From Ramazzottius varieornatus (Eukaryota; Animalia; Tardigrada), in the NCBI GenBank assembly GCA_001949185.1, contig BDGG01000013.1, positions 748,581 through 812,580 of the forward strand: a DNA stretch of 64,000 nt, read 5' to 3'. The position numbers were made by a program, and so were the translations under genes. The notes under the pieces are model-generated. The model made no database searches, had not been told where the DNA came from, and worked only from the letters and a program-made list of their open reading frames with translations. The stretch's first letter is position 1. Every line of letters starts with the position of its first letter. Of the stretch, positions 38,001 to 50,034 are shown piece after piece.

Positions 38001-38123
38001 CACCACACTAAAAAACGTGGTGCGACTTTCGCACCGAAAAAGTAATTTCGGTGTGGAGAAACACCAAACCGAAAAATAGCACACCACACTTTACCACACT
38101 TTACCACACTTTTGCCAGGTCTA
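35061..38123 (+). mobile_element. full-length hAT transposon with intron-containing, defective transposase
   Basis: TIR TAGACCTGGCAA, perfect 8-bp TSD CCGTTGAG (35053-35060, 38124-38131), subterminal ACCACAC/ACCGAAA repeats. BED finger, LDPWTS, RCVYH, TRWNST, LLDP, SSVPSERWFS. In-frame TAA at 36005. Confidence 0.95.
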
Positions 38124-38224
38124 CCGTTGAGCGCTTCGACATGTCGTGTGCAGGTGGGACGTCAGGCTGAGTCAAGGCCATTGGCCACCGTTACATACCG
38201 TGTGCAGCAATCGAAGTGTTGCTA

Positions 38225-38377
38225 CAGTGCACGACAAAATAAGCTTTCAAAAATGGGCGGAGCATCTCAAATGTTGTCGAAGAATCAAAATACTGTAAGC
38301 CAAGGCACAAATTTGATTCGCTGCGTCCAGCTGGTTCCGTTGACCCCATTTTCGAAAGTTTATTTTGTCGCACACTG
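38225..38377. mobile_element. 153-bp Tc1-type MITE
   Basis: TA-CAGTGCACGACAAAATAAGCTTTCAAAAATGGG...CCCATTTTCGAAAGTTTATTTTGTCGCACACTG-TA. Confidence 0.88.
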
Positions 38378-41300
38378 TAGCATGAGGACAGGCTGCTACC
38401 TTTCCTGCGTCATTACGATCGTCTATTCTGAACTTGCCCAACGTTGAATGGACCGCCGATAGCTAGTTCTATGCTACGACCGGTAAGTTAAATGTTTCTC
38501 ATGGTCTGAGTGAACGTGCACATGTCAAGAAGTAATGCGTGAAGGGCTGCGCGTTTTTACGGACATCTTTGGAACTTTCGGGAAGACCGTCGCATGGCGT
38601 GGGCAGATCTCAATGGATTGACCTAGGTTACGTACTGCGCATCGGGCCTTCTCGCACGATCAAGGATCATGTACGTTTCCGGTGTCACACCTCAGCGCCC
38701 TACTGGACCAAACCTCCACGGCTTTGACCGAGTATAGTCAGACGGACGCTCAGCAGGTCTTGACCGACCTCGAGGACTACTACCTTCACTTCTTCATTCC
38801 TTTTGCGGAGGAAGTGCGGAGTAAAATGTGTCCTGTGCAACAGGTGGCAGCTGTCTTGGGAATATCAATACAAGAAGCTAGCAATCTTTTCCCGACTTCT
38901 TTTTCACGTTCAAGAACAGATTCAGTTCTGGTTTTAGAGAATAATGTAGAGGAGTTGAGAACGGTGGTTAAGGTGACTAACGGACATTCGCTGGAAGGTG
39001 ATGGTTTTCCTGTAGCTAATGAACCTACGTGAAGAGAAACCTGGCCGCTTGACTTCCCAGTGTGAGTAAAGCCGCTGAAGGTCCACCGTTGACGGCTCGT
39101 TAATTTTCGTGTAGGCAGATGCCGCTTGGTAATAGCCTTAATTCGAACACGTGAAAGTTCTGGAACCTAAATTGGCGAGTGCCATTTCATGTTCGCTTTG
39201 TCTCAATGGGTATCTTCTTTCGAGTTGCTTATCGCTGGCAGGTTCCTTGTTGGAGCTGCAATGGGCTTCATCTGCGTTGTACCACCGCTGTATATCTCTG
39301 AGCTCACGCCGTCGACACTCCGTGGAACAGTCGGTAGCATTCCAATGATGCAAGTCGCTCATGAACTGACACGTAATCAAAGGTTGGACATGGACTGAAC
39401 CCTCACTTAAATTTGAATTTTTGTGTTTTTCTGCAGAATGTACGTTGCCGGTATGATATTCGGGACCACATTTGGCTTGCCAATTCTGGGGACGAATAAT
39501 TCTGGGGACGAACGATGCCTGGCCGATACTCGTCGTAGTTCCATTAATACCTATTCTGATTTTCTTCTTGACACTACCATTCTGCCCTAACAGTCCGCGC
39601 CACTTACTCAAGACGTCCAAAGATCCAGAAGGAGGTCTATCTCGTCTTTTAATTTCTAGGTTCGGCCTTAATGGAGAAAGCTGGTCGAAAGACGTTATTA
39701 CTTGGTGCCAACCTGGGGGAAATACTGGCGCTAGGCTTCCTCGTAGCCTCCATGGTGTTGACAAAACAAGGCTATACCTGGACGCAGTACAGTAGCGTGG
39801 CATGTATATATCTGTTCATGGCCTGCTTCGGTATTGGACCTTCGCCGGCACCGTGGATTCTCCCAACGGAGTTGTTCGGACCGGATGCTAACGCTTCGGC
39901 CATGACGTGGACAGCTGTGACAGCATGAACAGGTTCCCTCGTGACATCTTTTACCTTTCCGATAGTGGTAGCCGTCGCCGTAGAGTACACTTTTCTTATC
40001 TTTGTTGGCTTTTTAGTAGTATCGTCAACATTTTTATTTTTCCGATTGCCAGAAACCAAAGGTCGCTCGGTGTAGGAAGTGCAGGCTATTTTGCATCGCC
40101 GTAAGCCGTAGCATTCTGCGGGATACTGTGAGAAAATAATCGACCGTTTCTTAATAGGCAACAACAAATGCGCATGCTGCACCGTTGATTTGATAGTCAT
40201 TTATTTTGCTTCAAAGATGGCTGCCGCATCTTGCTTGCTCGATCGGCTTCGATTGAGGAAAAGCGACAGCAGTTTTGCTTTCTGGCTTCGAAGTTCAATC
40301 CTACAAAAGTAATGCTGGTCAAGCAAGTCAATTATTCAAATACAAGGCAGTCGAGACTGAAAGTCGTTTGCTGTCAGGTATAAAGAACAGATTCTCGGGC
40401 TGCTGTTTCCCAGAATCCACCAAGTTGTACCCCGGCTCTGGGAGACATCGGAGCGCCACCTACAGTAGTACAAGGCAAGAGGCAACGGTAAAACGTATGC
40501 CACCCGGCCAATACGACAAACAACAGGGGTCCGGTTCACCCCCAGTGGTGGGCTCAAGGTTCTTTCGAGTAGTACGACAGATGAAGGTCGATACGTACAA
40601 GAACTTTAGAGTCGTGTACAGAGTTGAAGATCAGTAGAAATATATTTCCCTGCCGAAAATTCTCGCTGGATATCCCTATGCCAGCTACCGCGTACAAAGA
40701 AACGAAAATAAAACTTCCAAACAGGCGAGCTATTGCTATTTGACGCTGGTTTTTTTTCTATTTGTCGCTTCCGGGGTATTTTCTAAACTGCTCAGGAAAC
40801 GACTTTTTCAGGAGGGGGGTTAGTCGAACTCTGAAAACCGCTTATGTAGTTATTAAGAGCACGCCTTAAAGTATCAAATGGCAGAAGCATTCGAAAAACG
40901 AACGAATGACGAAATTTTGGCGGAGACGTCCATGTAGGGAAGAAAACTGGAAGAGCCGTTTTTTGCACCAATTTTCTATGCATGCAGTACAGGCCGAATC
41001 AGCTGTTTCCGCCACGCGGCTATCTGTCTCTTATGACTCACCGAAAACTTTACCGACATGCTATTGTTCACGAAGGTGCTTGCCAAGCCAGGATTTTTTT
41101 CCGCACAGGGAACGGTGATGAGCAACTTTTCGGACAATGGTCAAAGATTCATTACCGTGTCATCGTCTGTCACCTGCCAACTTTGCTTGTGTCCTCATGA
41201 GCTTTAGATGCTTATGCTCTTAGATGGGTGAGAAGCCCGCGTGTCTGCGAAGCGCCAAATAGCAAAAATCAGCGTCACATGATCACTGCAGCTATTTAAC

Positions 41301-42064
41301 TACGTACATGCACGAAGAGAAAGCTTGAAACAGTAAAAAGTTTGGAACAGGCGATTCCGAAACAGCGGAACGGGAGTTCTTATGTATGTGTTCCACACCA
41401 ATGCACTTTTTGACAATTTTCTCCGTTTGAATTTTCAGTTTGCCGTCTTTCCCGCCTGTTTCATACTTTTCACTGTTCGAAACGTTACCTTCGTGTTTGT
41501 ACGGGCGAGCGCAAAAGGCCGGCTTTAGGCTGTGCCGGTGAACCTATCGTCGTTCTCTCAATATCATAAAACGGGTGACACACTAAATATAGAGGGCGCA
41601 ACTTTTCCATGGCACAGGCATATTATTGAGCATTTGTAGCATAATTAGCATATCGGTTCCACTGAGGAATGATTGTTGCAGAATCCACGTTTTATCGCAC
41701 CAACCGCAAAGTGTTGACAATATCCGGGAAACTTCGTATTACTCTCAAGAGCGTTAGATCTAAGCGGCATTCAGAAACATCGAGAAAGATATCCAATTTC
41801 GCTGATCAAGTGTAAAAGTGTGTCGAGAGCCAGCACCTTGCATAAGTGTCCGATCATCAAACAGGAAGTCTCACTTACCCTTTCATTGTTATGAATCAGA
41901 CGCCGCTGTAAATCTTCATATCTCCAATATTTCCCCTGGTGTCTGCTGTTCTTTCGAGCGTAGTGAGTAGCGCTGTTGATAGTGTGCGGGACAAGTTAAT
42001 TTTAACCTACAGGAATCTTTATGTTCGTTCGCTGAAAGCAAGTTTCCTGAGTTGAAGACATACA

Positions 42065-45000
42065 ATGCCGGTTCTTTCTCGTGTAATATTAAGATCGCCA
42101 TTTTTATGCATATTATTTTCTACAACTGGGATATTTATCTGTTTGTCTGTTCCTATCTTTGCTCAAGAAGTTGAGATCAATGTTGAAGGTAACGATGAAC
42201 TGATCCGTCATCCAGTCTACGGTCGAATTAGTGTACACTAATGTTTTGGAGAGAACTCGTTATTTACTTGAGAAGCTTTTTAGGAAATCCAAATCTTCGA
42301 CAAGTCGTTCGGGTTAACAGTACGATAACTGCGCTGAATACCAATGTCTCTTCGCCATCAGCAAACTCCAACACTACCGCACTCGCCAATAGTACGGCGG
42401 TCAACTCAACCTTGACCAACTCGGCAGTTTCTGGTAACCTGACCACAACAAACACCACATCAGTCAACGGTACGACGACCAACAGCACTACGAATGGCAA
42501 CACGACCGCGATCGTTGTACCGCCGGACAGCAACAGCAGCAGCAGCGTCAACTCGGCCATCACCAACACCAATGGCACCACATCAGCAGCGAACACTTCA
42601 TTGTCAAGTGTCAATAGTAATGCCACTGTCGGTGCCAATCTGACTTCTTCAAGCACAACCAACAACAATACTTCTATGGTCGACGGTACCAGTAGCTCTG
42701 CCAACAGTACCACCATCTCGACAGCAGTTACAACCACAAACACCACCGCATCAAACGTAACGACCAACGGAACTACCAACGGGACGAATGCAAATGGTAC
42801 CAGCATTAGTACCGTCACCTCATCCAACACCACGATTATTTCAGCCAACGGATCTTCTGCAGTCAGCTCTGCAAACGGGACGACCACCAACGGCACCGGC
42901 CTAAATGTCACCAACACAACTACAGCCTCGTCGAACAGTACTTCGGGTAACACCACTGCTAATAGCGCAGGCATATCCTCAACCAATGCAACCATAAATA
43001 ACTCTACCCTACCGGTGATATCAGCCTCGGCAGCCACCAACAGGTCTTCGGATGGTGCTGCCACCCTACCGTCCGTGTTCATTTTAGGAGCTGCTTCCAC
43101 GACACCAGCAGCAGCTCAAACAACCACACCGGCACCCACGGTTAACACACCAATCCCTACTACTCTTACTACCACTGCTACCGTTGCTCCCTCCACCACT
43201 CCTGCTACTACTCCCACCACCACCACCCCGACAACAGCAGTTACCGCCGCTTCAACTACAACAGGTCCTACTGCATCATCTGTGTTAGTTACCCCATCGA
43301 TCCGCAATGATTCCACTCGGCCTTCCATCGTGGTCAACATCGACATCGATCTGGGCTCACTACATCCAACCGACGCATCCACTACTTCACCGACACCTAC
43401 CACCGCACCTACTATAAGTCCGTCTACTCCTACAGCAACCACACCTCTGACGACCAACGTACCAGGACAGGTCACCACCACATCAAGTGGAAACATCCCC
43501 ATTACTCCTGTCACTGGTACTTCGGTTAACCCTAATGGTCTATCCACACTCGCATCAGCCACCAGCGTACCGCCAAGCAAACCAACTTTGGGAGAGTTAC
43601 TTGCAAACAAGAACGGAACTCAAGTGGTATGCTTTTCGCTACCATTCGACTTGTTGGAAAAATTACTACCGTTGATATCGAGCCTCGGCATCAGCCCCAA
43701 TTCCGTCACAACTCCACCGCCTTCGGCCAGTTCTCCACTCTACAACCCCCTCACATCCGCGCCAACACAACCGCCAGCCACAATACCCGGTGTATCAACC
43801 ATAAATCCAGGTACTCCTCCCAACGGGAATTATCCATTTCTCGGTCCCTTCGGAGCTGGTTCATATGGTGGCTTCCGACCAACCGTGCCACCTCAGCCAA
43901 CCTATGCCGTAACAGCTGCCACGACTACGACGTCGCGTTCGATGAACCCTTATCCAGTGATGCCGCCACAACAGGTGATGCAACCTGCCGGTGTAATTCC
44001 ATATTACACCTATGCACCGGGCACAGGGTCACACTATGCAAACGCCCAGCCAGCTGCTCATAGTGGATACGGGGGACCTAGTATTTCCGTGCCGGCATAT
44101 CCATTAACCTATGACAAGCCGGTGATGGCTGCCAGTGGAAGCTATGGAGGAACCTTGGCTCAAGCGCCAGCCCAGGCTGTAATCAGTACCGTGGACAGTG
44201 CGATGGCACCGCTACAAAGTCCGAAAGGTGTTTCGGTTTTGGAGTCCAAAGCTCTGACCAGAGGACCGTTGGCTTCTCCACTGAACCGGCAACCAAGCGA
44301 GGCCAATTTGCCTGCATGGTGTACCAATACAAATCTGGTACCGGATGCGATCACTGTGACAGCGGACGGACTGACACATGTATTTATCGGTGAGCTCAGT
44401 TCATCGCAGCGTACGATAGAAATGCTAGTATTGTCGTGAAACAAACACACGACTTTTGACAACATGTTTCCCGACTTCTGACACCGAAATGTGTTTCTTT
44501 ACTGCTGTGACTTGTAGGCAATCAGGTCCTCAGCGTGAAGAACGCAAGCAGCGCCGACAAGAAAGTGGTGCAGAACCCAATACAGAAAATTTGGCGGGGA
44601 CTACCACCTGATGTTGGTCGGATCAATGCAGCCACGACCAGACCAGATGGCACCACCTACTTATTCTCCGTAAGTTGCCCTCTTCTGTAGGAGAGCGTTC
44701 CCCGATGTTTCGTGGATCCATCACCGATAAAATGTTTCTGCGGTCCACCGCAGGGTCCTTCGTTTTGGAAATTTGACAGCCTGTATCGCGTGGCACGAGA
44801 TTCTCCAAGAAAGACTAGCATCGGCTTTCCGGGCGTGGCACAAATGGATGCAGTGTACCAAGACCTCCTGTCAGATGGCGACATGAGCTTCCTACAAGGT
44901 AAAACTGAATCGTCCGTCACAAAACTCTGGTTTTCCTAGTGTGATCTTGTTCAGCGTACCACAAACTCTGATCTTTAGGACCCGGCTATTTCACGTACAA

Positions 45001-45316
45001 CCACAAAAAGTTTCCGCCGTATCAAGGCCCAGCTTCCTTGTCAGACCTTGGGCTGCCTAGTGAAGTCACCAAAGTTGACTCTGCTTTCACGGACTCAGCC
45101 ACTAGAGACTTGTTGTTCGTGGTGGGAACCGCCATGTACCGTGTATCCCCCACGAACAATGGTCTAGCAAGAAGCTATAAGGTAAAACCTTCCTTCACTT
45201 AAAGGTTTTCCACCTGCAGATGATGCGCTACAGCACACATTTTGCTATTTTTTCCTTAGGTCCAACCGGGTTATCCAAAACCCTTCCGAACGTTGTTCGG
45301 ATGCCTGAATTTGTGA
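42065..45316 (+). CDS. secreted mucin-like protein with C-terminal hemopexin domain
   Basis: Signal-peptide exon 42065-42188, a 2.1-kb N/T/S- then P/T-rich exon, and four small exons. Hemopexin-like blades PDAIT..THVFIG, WRGLP..INAA..TYLFSG..FWKF, FPGV..MDAV, GLP..VDSAF, GYPK..FGC. Confidence 0.85.
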
Positions 45317-46689
45317 TACACCAGCGTCGGCTTTTTAAGTTATTTTTTTCCCTTCTATTTTTCAAAGTGTTTGAGTCAGAAAAGTACGAAAAAGAGTACG
45401 ACGTATCAATTAGTTGATGAATCCTCCGGGCCGCGCAGACTTATTGAACGAAAGCTTACACAAGGGTGAACTTAGTAAGCCCGCATCCGCCGTCCAGCGG
45501 TTCAAGGATAAGCCAAGCCTATCATCTTTTGTATAGGGTGTTTAATCATTAATGGCGACGTCCATCGTTTACGCGATAACGGAAACGATGGAATGGCGAA
45601 CATCATAAATTGCTGCGATGCCATAAAGCGAGCCCGTAATTGTTGCCCTTATCTCCTTTGTGATACGGACAAGGGTATGTTGAGAGGCTTCATAACCATC
45701 GCCGTGTTGTGCCTTGTCCCTCCTGTGGACGGCAGTCGAATCGAGCACGTAGCACAGTACAAGAATATGCCCAGAATGGTCCACCATGAATAATCGACAA
45801 ACTCCCGCCACAATTATGCCATGTTTTACATTTTAAACGGCATATCGGCCAAATTAGGACAAGCCATTGATTTCCGTCACGAACTTGATCGATCCTGAAG
45901 CCTGATTAGCTCCCTTTCTTTGAGTGCGCAGTGCGGTCCAGAGGATGCTTTTGCAGAGTACAAGTCCCAACATGCAACAGCTCGCACTAGCAGTCTACCA
46001 TTTACCATTATCGACGTGACGACGGCCCACATTTCTTTCCTGTTTCTTTCTCCACGAAGCAACCCCAGTCCGGATACCAACAAATTATTCATCCTGTCTT
46101 TCGCAGCTGCAAAAATGTCCTTGTACCATCCATCAGTCATTTTTCCGCTGCCCTATTGATCCAGCTTGCTCCGTCACCCCTACGTACCATTCTTTCTCTC
46201 CAAAACCGGCAAACCCTTGCTTTCTCGCACCATCATAATACTTTCACTCTACCCCTCCAAGCTCCGTCGGGAATGTTCGGTTCTTGGAAGTAATCTAACT
46301 TTTTTCCCTTTCGTTGTTGTAGGTTTTGCCCACTCAAAAGGTGTCGGTCTGTCTGACGACGTCACCGGTTTTTTATGGGGTACCTCGACACGACATTGAA
46401 GTGGGGCAAGAGTGTGCAATTACCATCGATCTAATATCCGTTATTAGCACCCAGCCTCTCCTGCTGCAAAGGACTTTCGGGAGCGACGATCCCGAAAGCT
46501 GCAGTGGGTAACAATTGATTGAGCGCTGCCACTTTCGATTGCCAGTAAAGTCAGTGAAGCATAAATAAGCTGGCGTATTGATTGCTGCTGCCGGCATCAG
46601 GGGTTTGAGCTGAGTTCCTTTCTGAGCAAACGAGCCACTGGAGGATATCACGCACCTCGATCAAAGTCTTACTTTCCCTAAACCATGCC

Positions 46690-47959
46690 ATGCAGGGCAA
46701 ATCCCGCTACTGGATCATAGCGGCATGTGTGCTGGAGATACTCTACGGACTAGCATTTATGGCCATTGGCGTCGCTTGCTCATACCTGGCGGTTCCGCGT
46801 GCTAACACCAGTCCGGTCAAGGTTCCGCTGACATGGCAAGCCGGAAGCGAAGCGGGAACCGGCATGGACTACCAGTCGGACTATCAGATACGGAAAGAGA
46901 TTACGGGTAAAATCATCTAAGCCAAGACCTATTCTTGACAAAAATCGTAGACAGACATCGCCGTTCTGCCAGTTTGCTCGCTTCTACATACTATAATTCA
47001 TCGTGCTGCCTAATCCACGAACAATTTTCAACCATCGTTCAATACGTACTACGAAATTCCGAGCAATATTGTGCTTCAACATTTCCTATCGAGTGAAAAG
47101 TGGACTCATTGTAGGACAAGGAATATGGCTATCAATCCTGTACGTTCTCACCGGCTTTCTTGGAGTTGTCACCGGTCAGGAAAACGACCGAGTCGTTCCC
47201 CTCCTCCACACCATCCTGGCACTCGTCTGTATCACATGGGCACCCCTCATGTGGGAAATGCTGTACCTTTTGGTGCGTCCAGCTTCCACATTCCCCTACA
47301 GCTTCCTCTACGAGATGGACTTTATCACATCGCAGTCGCACTGGATCGCCTACATCGTCACCATCTGTGTGGTCGTTGCCGGTTCAGCACTGTATCTGTT
47401 CAGCGCCGCGTTGGCCGCTTACCAGTACGGCCTGCGTATGGTCGATCGAAGTGTGGCATTGAAGGAATCTTCTCCTCGACGATCGCACTTGGACGTTGAG
47501 GCTGTCCGAGCATCTCCCGCTGTCACTCGCTCAAGGCAAAGCTTAGCCATGCGAGAGTCCAAATCGCCGGAAGCGACAAGGATAGCGCGAAGCAGCACGA
47601 ACCATTCAACACTGAGACATGGTTCGGAACGAGGAAGAGAAGTTTATGATTCGCCCAAAACCGATCTGACCATGAGGAGACTGCGGAGCGAGCGTTCCTC
47701 GGAGGAAGGACTGACTGATCAACCGAGGACGAGATCGACCTACGAGAACCTGGCCAATGGTCCACAGCACAGCGCGAGGTCGCACCGTTCGAGTACTGCG
47801 ACGGACTTGGATGAAGAAGAGGGCGGCTATCGAGTACTACCCAGTTTGAAACAGAATGGTCCCAGCCCGAACGTTCTGAAGAGGAACCAGGAGGAAAACG
47901 TCGACCATTCTGTGGTTTTGAGTCATTATTATCGTGATGCTCAAGAGGCTGTTGTTTAA
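46690..47959 (+). CDS. four-TM membrane protein, MS4A/CD20-like, long basic Ser-rich tail
   Basis: Intron ~46908-47114 gives ITGQGIWLSILYVLTGFLGV; four hydrophobic segments. Confidence 0.6.
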
Positions 47960-48215
47960 ATATGGAGAGGATTTCATCGCAATAATGAACACCATATCAT
48001 GATCATACATTTTTTTCGCTTTTGCGCGTACTGGAAGTTTTTCTATCGATTATCTGGTTCCGGCATTACGATGAAAGACGTATCGTAATAGTTCATCCCA
48101 GAAATTTGGTACATGTCCGTGCTGCCGCGATTTTTGGGAACAGCTAGCAACATTGCAATAATTGTAACGGGTACTCATGCTCCGATCATCTTGACTCGTT
48201 TTGCTCACCGCATAG

Positions 48216-48385
48216 CAGAGCTGCGGAGCTATTTAGCTCGTTTTAGCTCGCGAGCTGAATCTGCCTTTTTTCTACGAAACGCAGAACAGGGTTGTGCAGC
48301 GCACAAACCTGGATGAGCTTTTTGTAAAAACCTCGTAGAAGAAAGGCGAAATGAGCCGAACGAGCTAAATAGCTCCGCAGGACTG
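48216..48385. mobile_element. 170-bp hAT-derived MITE
   Basis: 27-bp TIRs CAG..CTGCGGAGCTATTTAGCTCGTT and a perfect 8-bp TSD CCGCATAG (48208-48215, 48386-48393). Confidence 0.92.
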
Positions 48386-48619
48386 CCGCATAGGTGGAAC
48401 ATGCACGACGGTCGAACCGAGATAACAAAACAATGCCGATGCCTTTCCAACTGAAGCTGAATGATAACGTTAGCATTACCCTGTGCGAAACTTTGCAAGT
48501 TGCTTTTGCTCAATCAGCCTACTGTGCTTTGCAGAATTTAGTAAATCCTAAACAAAAATTCCTTTCGAGTGCTACTTACTCCTTGAGCCGATCTTTTGGT
48601 ATTATTTACCGACGGGAAA

Positions 48620-50034
48620 ATGTCAGGGTTGAAGGTCGTTACGTTATTTGTAGGCACAGTGCTGCTGATTTTTCCCTGTGGCCGAGCAATGGTTTGTTGA
48701 AATATGCGCTTAGTTTCTGACTGCTGTGATCCATGACCGATTCTCCAATAGCAACTTTTTTCAGCCCATAGGGACAGACGACGTCGAGGAACCAGATCTC
48801 CTACAAGGAAGCGAGTACAACAGTCGAGGAGGTATTGTTTTTTAGACAAACCATCAGACGATCAGAAACGAGCGCTTAACCTAGCTTCTGTTGACGTTCC
48901 CCAGAAGTGGGCGTGTGGCTAGAACGTAGCCTTGTTGTTTCTAGATTTGGTCGAGGGGGACATGTTGCTGGATGATCAGGTAAACTCAGGATGAAATGTC
49001 GTAAGCACGGCGAAATTTGGCCACGCTGTTAGGACAAATAAATGCATCAAAGCCATAATTTTTTAGGACCTATCCCGAAATGGACTTCTGAACGCGCGGT
49101 ACCTGTGGCGGTACCGGCGAGTCTACTACACCATTGCCGCCAACTTCAGCGCCGAAGACAGAGCACTCATTCGAGAAGTAAGGCCTGGACAACGACGTGC
49201 GTGAAGGCAGGCCTCCGATCACGGACTGTTCTGGTTTCAGTCTCTTCGGGAGTATGATCGCAAAACCTGCCTCCAGCTCATTGAACTACCTCAAGTAATG
49301 ACCAGCCGGCCACCATGGATGGAAGACTACATTGTGGTTTATTCCGAGGACGATGGGTACGAGCTGATATTGAAGCACATGTGCACATGTTTACGAAATT
49401 TTTTGACTGTTGAGACCGATAGCCTTTCCGTACAGGTGCTATTCCTCCGTGGGTCGTCGGGGTGGAGCCCAGCGAGTATACCAGTCCTACTCTCTACAGT
49501 GTGGGGACTTTGACTGATTTTTGCTCTTCATTTTAGTTGAACCTGCAGTCGCCGGGCTGTATGAGACGCGGGACTATTATCCATGAGTTCATGCACGCAA
49601 TTGGGTGAGATTGATCGACTAGTCCCAATTCTTCAAGTGCAGCACATTCGATCCTTTGACAGGTTCTACCACGAGCAAAGTCGCACCGATCGAGATGACT
49701 ATGTGGAAATCAACTGGGCCAACATCCCCGACGACAAGCGACACAACTTCGACACTTATCCCTGGAGCCGCATCACGGTCCTGGGCGAGCCTTACGATTA
49801 TGAATCGGTCATGCACTACAGTAGGTTCTTCGTTCACTGGAAACGCAAAAGGTAGAACTAGAAACAACTACCATTTTTGAAATGTTCCTCTGGCATACAG
49901 GCTCTACGGCTTTTACAAATGTGTCGGGAGTTCAGACAATTATCCCGAAACAACCGGGAGTGATCATGGGACAACGTGTGGATTTCTCCTTGAGTGACAT
50001 TAAGAAGATCAATCGACGATACGCATGTTCTTGA
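48620..50034 (+). CDS. astacin-family zinc metalloprotease, ~9 micro-exons
   Basis: Signal peptide, [66 protein letters not shown]. All joins are GT-AG in phase. Confidence 0.9.

Larger units (their letters stand above)
34610..39032 (+). pseudogene. degenerate spliced gene with possible WRKY/GCM1 (MULE/FAR1-like) zinc finger, interrupted by a hAT and a MITE
   Basis: RLYRCSKDG...KSK.K.G.C.VQFNV, then WDVRLSQGHWPPLH after the hAT is removed. Stops and frameshifts are present. Confidence 0.3.
31741..39185. mobile_element. ~7.4-kb composite gene-fragment-carrying insertion, family unresolved
   Basis: The GLUT coding sequence stops at TVGTL (~31741) and resumes at FMFALSQ (~39186). Only weak CAC...GTG ends are seen, with no clean TSD. 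Confidence 0.6.
29323..40111 (+). pseudogene. GLUT/SLC2A-type sugar transporter broken by two large insertions
   Basis: Pieces 29323-29486 (KLTFSLLSVAFIISFGSWFVM), 31418-31740 (LWAISSSVITVGG..GMKGSLL) and 39185-40111 (ELLIAGRFLVG, LYISE..P..LRG, P.SPR, GRKTLLL, GPSPAPW..ELF, PETKG). Contains stops, frameshifts and an internal deletion. Confidence 0.88.

Noticed and set aside
31741-39185. Helitron assignment for the composite insertion
   Set aside because: No A/TC start or CTRR/T end with a subterminal hairpin at the inferred breakpoints.
42264-43610. Long Val-rich minus-strand ORFs
   Set aside because: Antisense shadow of Thr-rich ACN codons in the mucin exon.
45900-46260. Possible C-type lectin remnant on the minus strand (WYVG, GKW, LCK)
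   Set aside because: Motifs are scattered over frames with stops; too weak to call.
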